Positions 61,912 to 64,000 of a stretch of DNA of 64,000 nt are shown here, in pieces. The translations under genes and the position numbers were made by a program. The notes below the pieces were generated by a model. It did not search any database. It was not told where the DNA came from and saw nothing but the letters and a program-made list of their open reading frames with translations. The first letter of the stretch is position 1. Every line of letters begins with the position of its first letter. Origin of the DNA: Escherichia coli. Its GTDB lineage: Bacteria; Pseudomonadota; Gammaproteobacteria; Enterobacterales; Enterobacteriaceae. Location of the stretch: assembly GCF_030013205.1 (NCBI RefSeq), contig NZ_CP122648.1. One strand, written 5' to 3'.

Positions 61912-63566
61912 TCCGCGCGACCGCGCGCCAGCCACAGCACGCGTGAGAACATTTTTTTCAGCAGCGTCGGTACGGAATCCACACCACGACGTCCTGCCTC
62001 CATTGCCACTTCAATGGCAAGATCGGGTTTGGAAGAGCGATGGATCGCTTTCGAGATAATTTTGCGCAGATTCATCGGTACATTTTCCGGGATTTGCGCC
62101 ACGCGGTGGAACACATCGGAAAATCCCTGGCGATACATAAAATGTTCCATATCCAGCGCCGGTAACGCCGTTAAATGTTCTCGTTCGGCTTCCCGATCGT
62201 TATTCAACAGGCTGCGTACCGTAGCGGCATATTTCTTCCCTGCCTCATCGCCATCGACCAGTACATGCCATTCAATCCCCATTCGCCGGGCAAATTTAAC
62301 CAGTGGCTTTAGCCCGGACTGGGCAAACTCAATGACCTTGATCCCTTCGGCATCAAAATGATGTCCGCACTGACGCGCCAGTTCATTGATAACCCAGGTT
62401 TCCGTTTCGCCTTCCACCAGCAGCCAGCAGCGTGCAAACAGCGATGACGGACGATTAAAACGAATGTGGAAAGAGATGCGTCGGCTGTCTTCGGTACTCA
62501 AACCACTCGGCCCCAGACGCCAGGCGGCAACGCGCGAGGACTCACGTACCAGTCGGCAAACATGTTCTACCGGCGTTAACGAAAGCAGCTCGCCAGAGTT
62601 GGTGGTGGCAATGCGCTGCAATGGCAGAAGATTCAACAGATGCCAGGCAACTGAAAGCATAATGGGGTGTAAACGGGTTTCTGGATCTTCGATCAGCAAC
62701 AATGGACGGGCGTCTTTATCCAGTCGCAATGTGCCTTTTGCCTGCAACAAAGTAGCAAACAGGCCGAGCAAAATAACCCGATACGAGCGCCCTCCTGGTC
62801 GGTCAATCATCCGGTTGATGATATCCAGATAGCGCCAGCTTCGTTGCTCATTGCTGGCTCGCCGCCGCATTAAACGATATCGCGCCTGTCCGGCCCCCTG
62901 CTCAGAGAAATAATGCTCAAGCAGCTGTACCATTGCGGAAAGTCCCTGACGAATCTGTCCATCAGAGAGATTTTGCGGATGTGAGGACAACTCACGGGCG
63001 AGGAAATCGAGCTGGCGCGCGGTGACTTCCACATTGGGGACATTTGGCACCGTGCCGTTACGAATACGGCGCATAAAACGGGCATCACGCAAGCGCAGCA
63101 CCGGCATTAAACGCACCAGATGGCGTGCCTGATCGTTAATATCCTCGACATCAATCGGATGTCCGTCTTTATCGAGAAAACTGCGCAGTGTCATCACGCT
63201 GCCGTCTTCCGCACTCTCCCCTTCCAGACGATAAAAAATACGGTGATAGCCATCGGTGCATGGCGTCCAGCACGCTTCCAGCGGCCGATAGCGGCGAACC
63301 CGATGTCGGCCTGGCAGCGATTCGCGGAAGGTCAAAATAATATGCAGATGATGTTCTCGCCCGTTGATATCTCCCGGCGGGAACCAGAAATCGTCGCGCT
63401 CAAAATGGTAGAGATCTAATTCTGGCGATAGCAGCAGGGTTAAGGCGTCCAGCAAGCTGGATTTACCCCACGCGTTCTCCCCAATCAGGACGTTGTTTTG
63501 TTCCAGCATCAACGACAAACGGTTGATACCGCGAAAACCCACAATTTCAACGCGCTCAAGAATCAT
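61908..63566 (-). CDS. ybjD: OLD-family ATP-dependent endonuclease homolog
   Basis: 552-aa ORF, N-terminal ATPase (ENAWGKSSLLDAL), Toprim-like C-terminal region. Confidence 0.88.
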   Translation of the reverse strand: MILERVEIVGFRGINRLSLMLEQNNVLIGENAWGKSSLLDALTLLLSPELDLYHFERDDFWFPPGDINGREHHLHIILTFRESLPGRHRVRRYRPLEACWTPCTDGYHRIFYRLEGESAEDGSVMTLRSFLDKDGHPIDVEDINDQARHLVRLMPVLRLRDARFMRRIRNGTVPNVPNVEVTARQLDFLARELSSHPQNLSDGQIRQGLSAMVQLLEHYFSEQGAGQARYRLMRRRASNEQRSWRYLDIINRMIDRPGGRSYRVILLGLFATLLQAKGTLRLDKDARPLLLIEDPETRLHPIMLSVAWHLLNLLPLQRIATTNSGELLSLTPVEHVCRLVRESSRVAAWRLGPSGLSTEDSRRISFHIRFNRPSSLFARCWLLVEGETETWVINELARQCGHHFDAEGIKVIEFAQSGLKPLVKFARRMGIEWHVLVDGDEAGKKYAATVRSLLNNDREAEREHLTALPALDMEHFMYRQGFSDVFHRVAQIPENVPMNLRKIISKAIHRSSKPDLAIEVAMEAGRRGVDSVPTLLKKMFSRVLWLARGRAD

Positions 63567-63990
63567 ACCCCCTCCAGAAATATGTGACTTATCCTTTACG
63601 CTGGCAGTATAACGGGAAAGGCCTTGCTAATACGTGATGACATCACATTTAAGCATGGCAAATGTCTGAAAAATGAGCGAATAATCGCGTTATACTCCCT
63701 CTTGCTGATAAGCCTGCAAAAACAACAAAATCAAATAATTAGCATGATAAATTATTTTTTATTACGCCTAAAGGATTAAATCTTTCGCTTGCACTACACT
63801 GTCAATCAGACAAATGACTATATGGGGCAACCCGCTGTTGCCCTAAATCAAATTTACTGGATTTATTTATCTGGCGAATGATTTGCCTTCGTTTTTAAAA
63901 TAGCCGCGCATTATTTCCGTCGTCACTTTTTTACGACGACCCTATAAAACGACCATATTTTTCACAGGGTCAATTTTTAATTGAGGTGGA

Positions 63991-64000
63991 TATGTTCAGA
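63991..64000 (+). CDS. aqpZ: start of aquaporin Z (first codons only, MFR...)
   Basis: ATGTTCAGA at window end with synteny expectation; too short to verify. Confidence 0.35.

Overview
This window reads as an Escherichia coli-type chromosomal segment (ycaM-ycaD-ycaC-dmsCBA ... serS-rarA-lolA-ftsK-lrp-trxB-cydDC-aat-infA-serW-clpA-clpS ... cspD-macBA-ybjX-ybjD-aqpZ) interrupted by two mobile insertions plus a small tRNA-associated scar. Gene identities are from my recall of the protein families; no database search was run. (1) About 7420-28489, between the dmsA promoter and the serS terminator: a defective, rearranged P2-like prophage bounded by a 20-bp direct repeat. It keeps integrase, repressor, a block of small early-type genes and the tail genes I-H-G, FI-FII-E/E'-T-U, D and ogr, but has no capsid, terminase, lysis, baseplate V/W/J or replication genes. 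The FI-U block is inverted. It carries several likely cargo genes: an SPFH lipoprotein with a small membrane partner, an AT-rich hexapeptide acetyltransferase, an AT-rich orphan membrane-anchored gene between D and ogr, and a Hok/Mok-like type I toxin locus absent from the ORF track. (2) About 46691-57092, between clpS and cspD: a roughly 10.4 kb satellite or PICI-like island with a tyrosine integrase, AlpA, a divergent RHH regulator, a P4 alpha-like helicase followed by a TGTTCACC iteron array, an SSB, a Nu1-like small terminase, and a single-ORF prohead protease-major capsid fusion. It has twin ~85-nt conserved elements, one with a lambda cosN-like hairpin upstream of the terS-like gene, and a hairpin-dense noncoding stretch at its left end. 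This compact capsid-encoding satellite is my best candidate for a poorly described system; the prophage cargo genes are the other candidates. (3) Downstream of tRNA-Ser (serW): a ~64-bp duplication of the tRNA 3' end plus terminator, looking like an integration scar.
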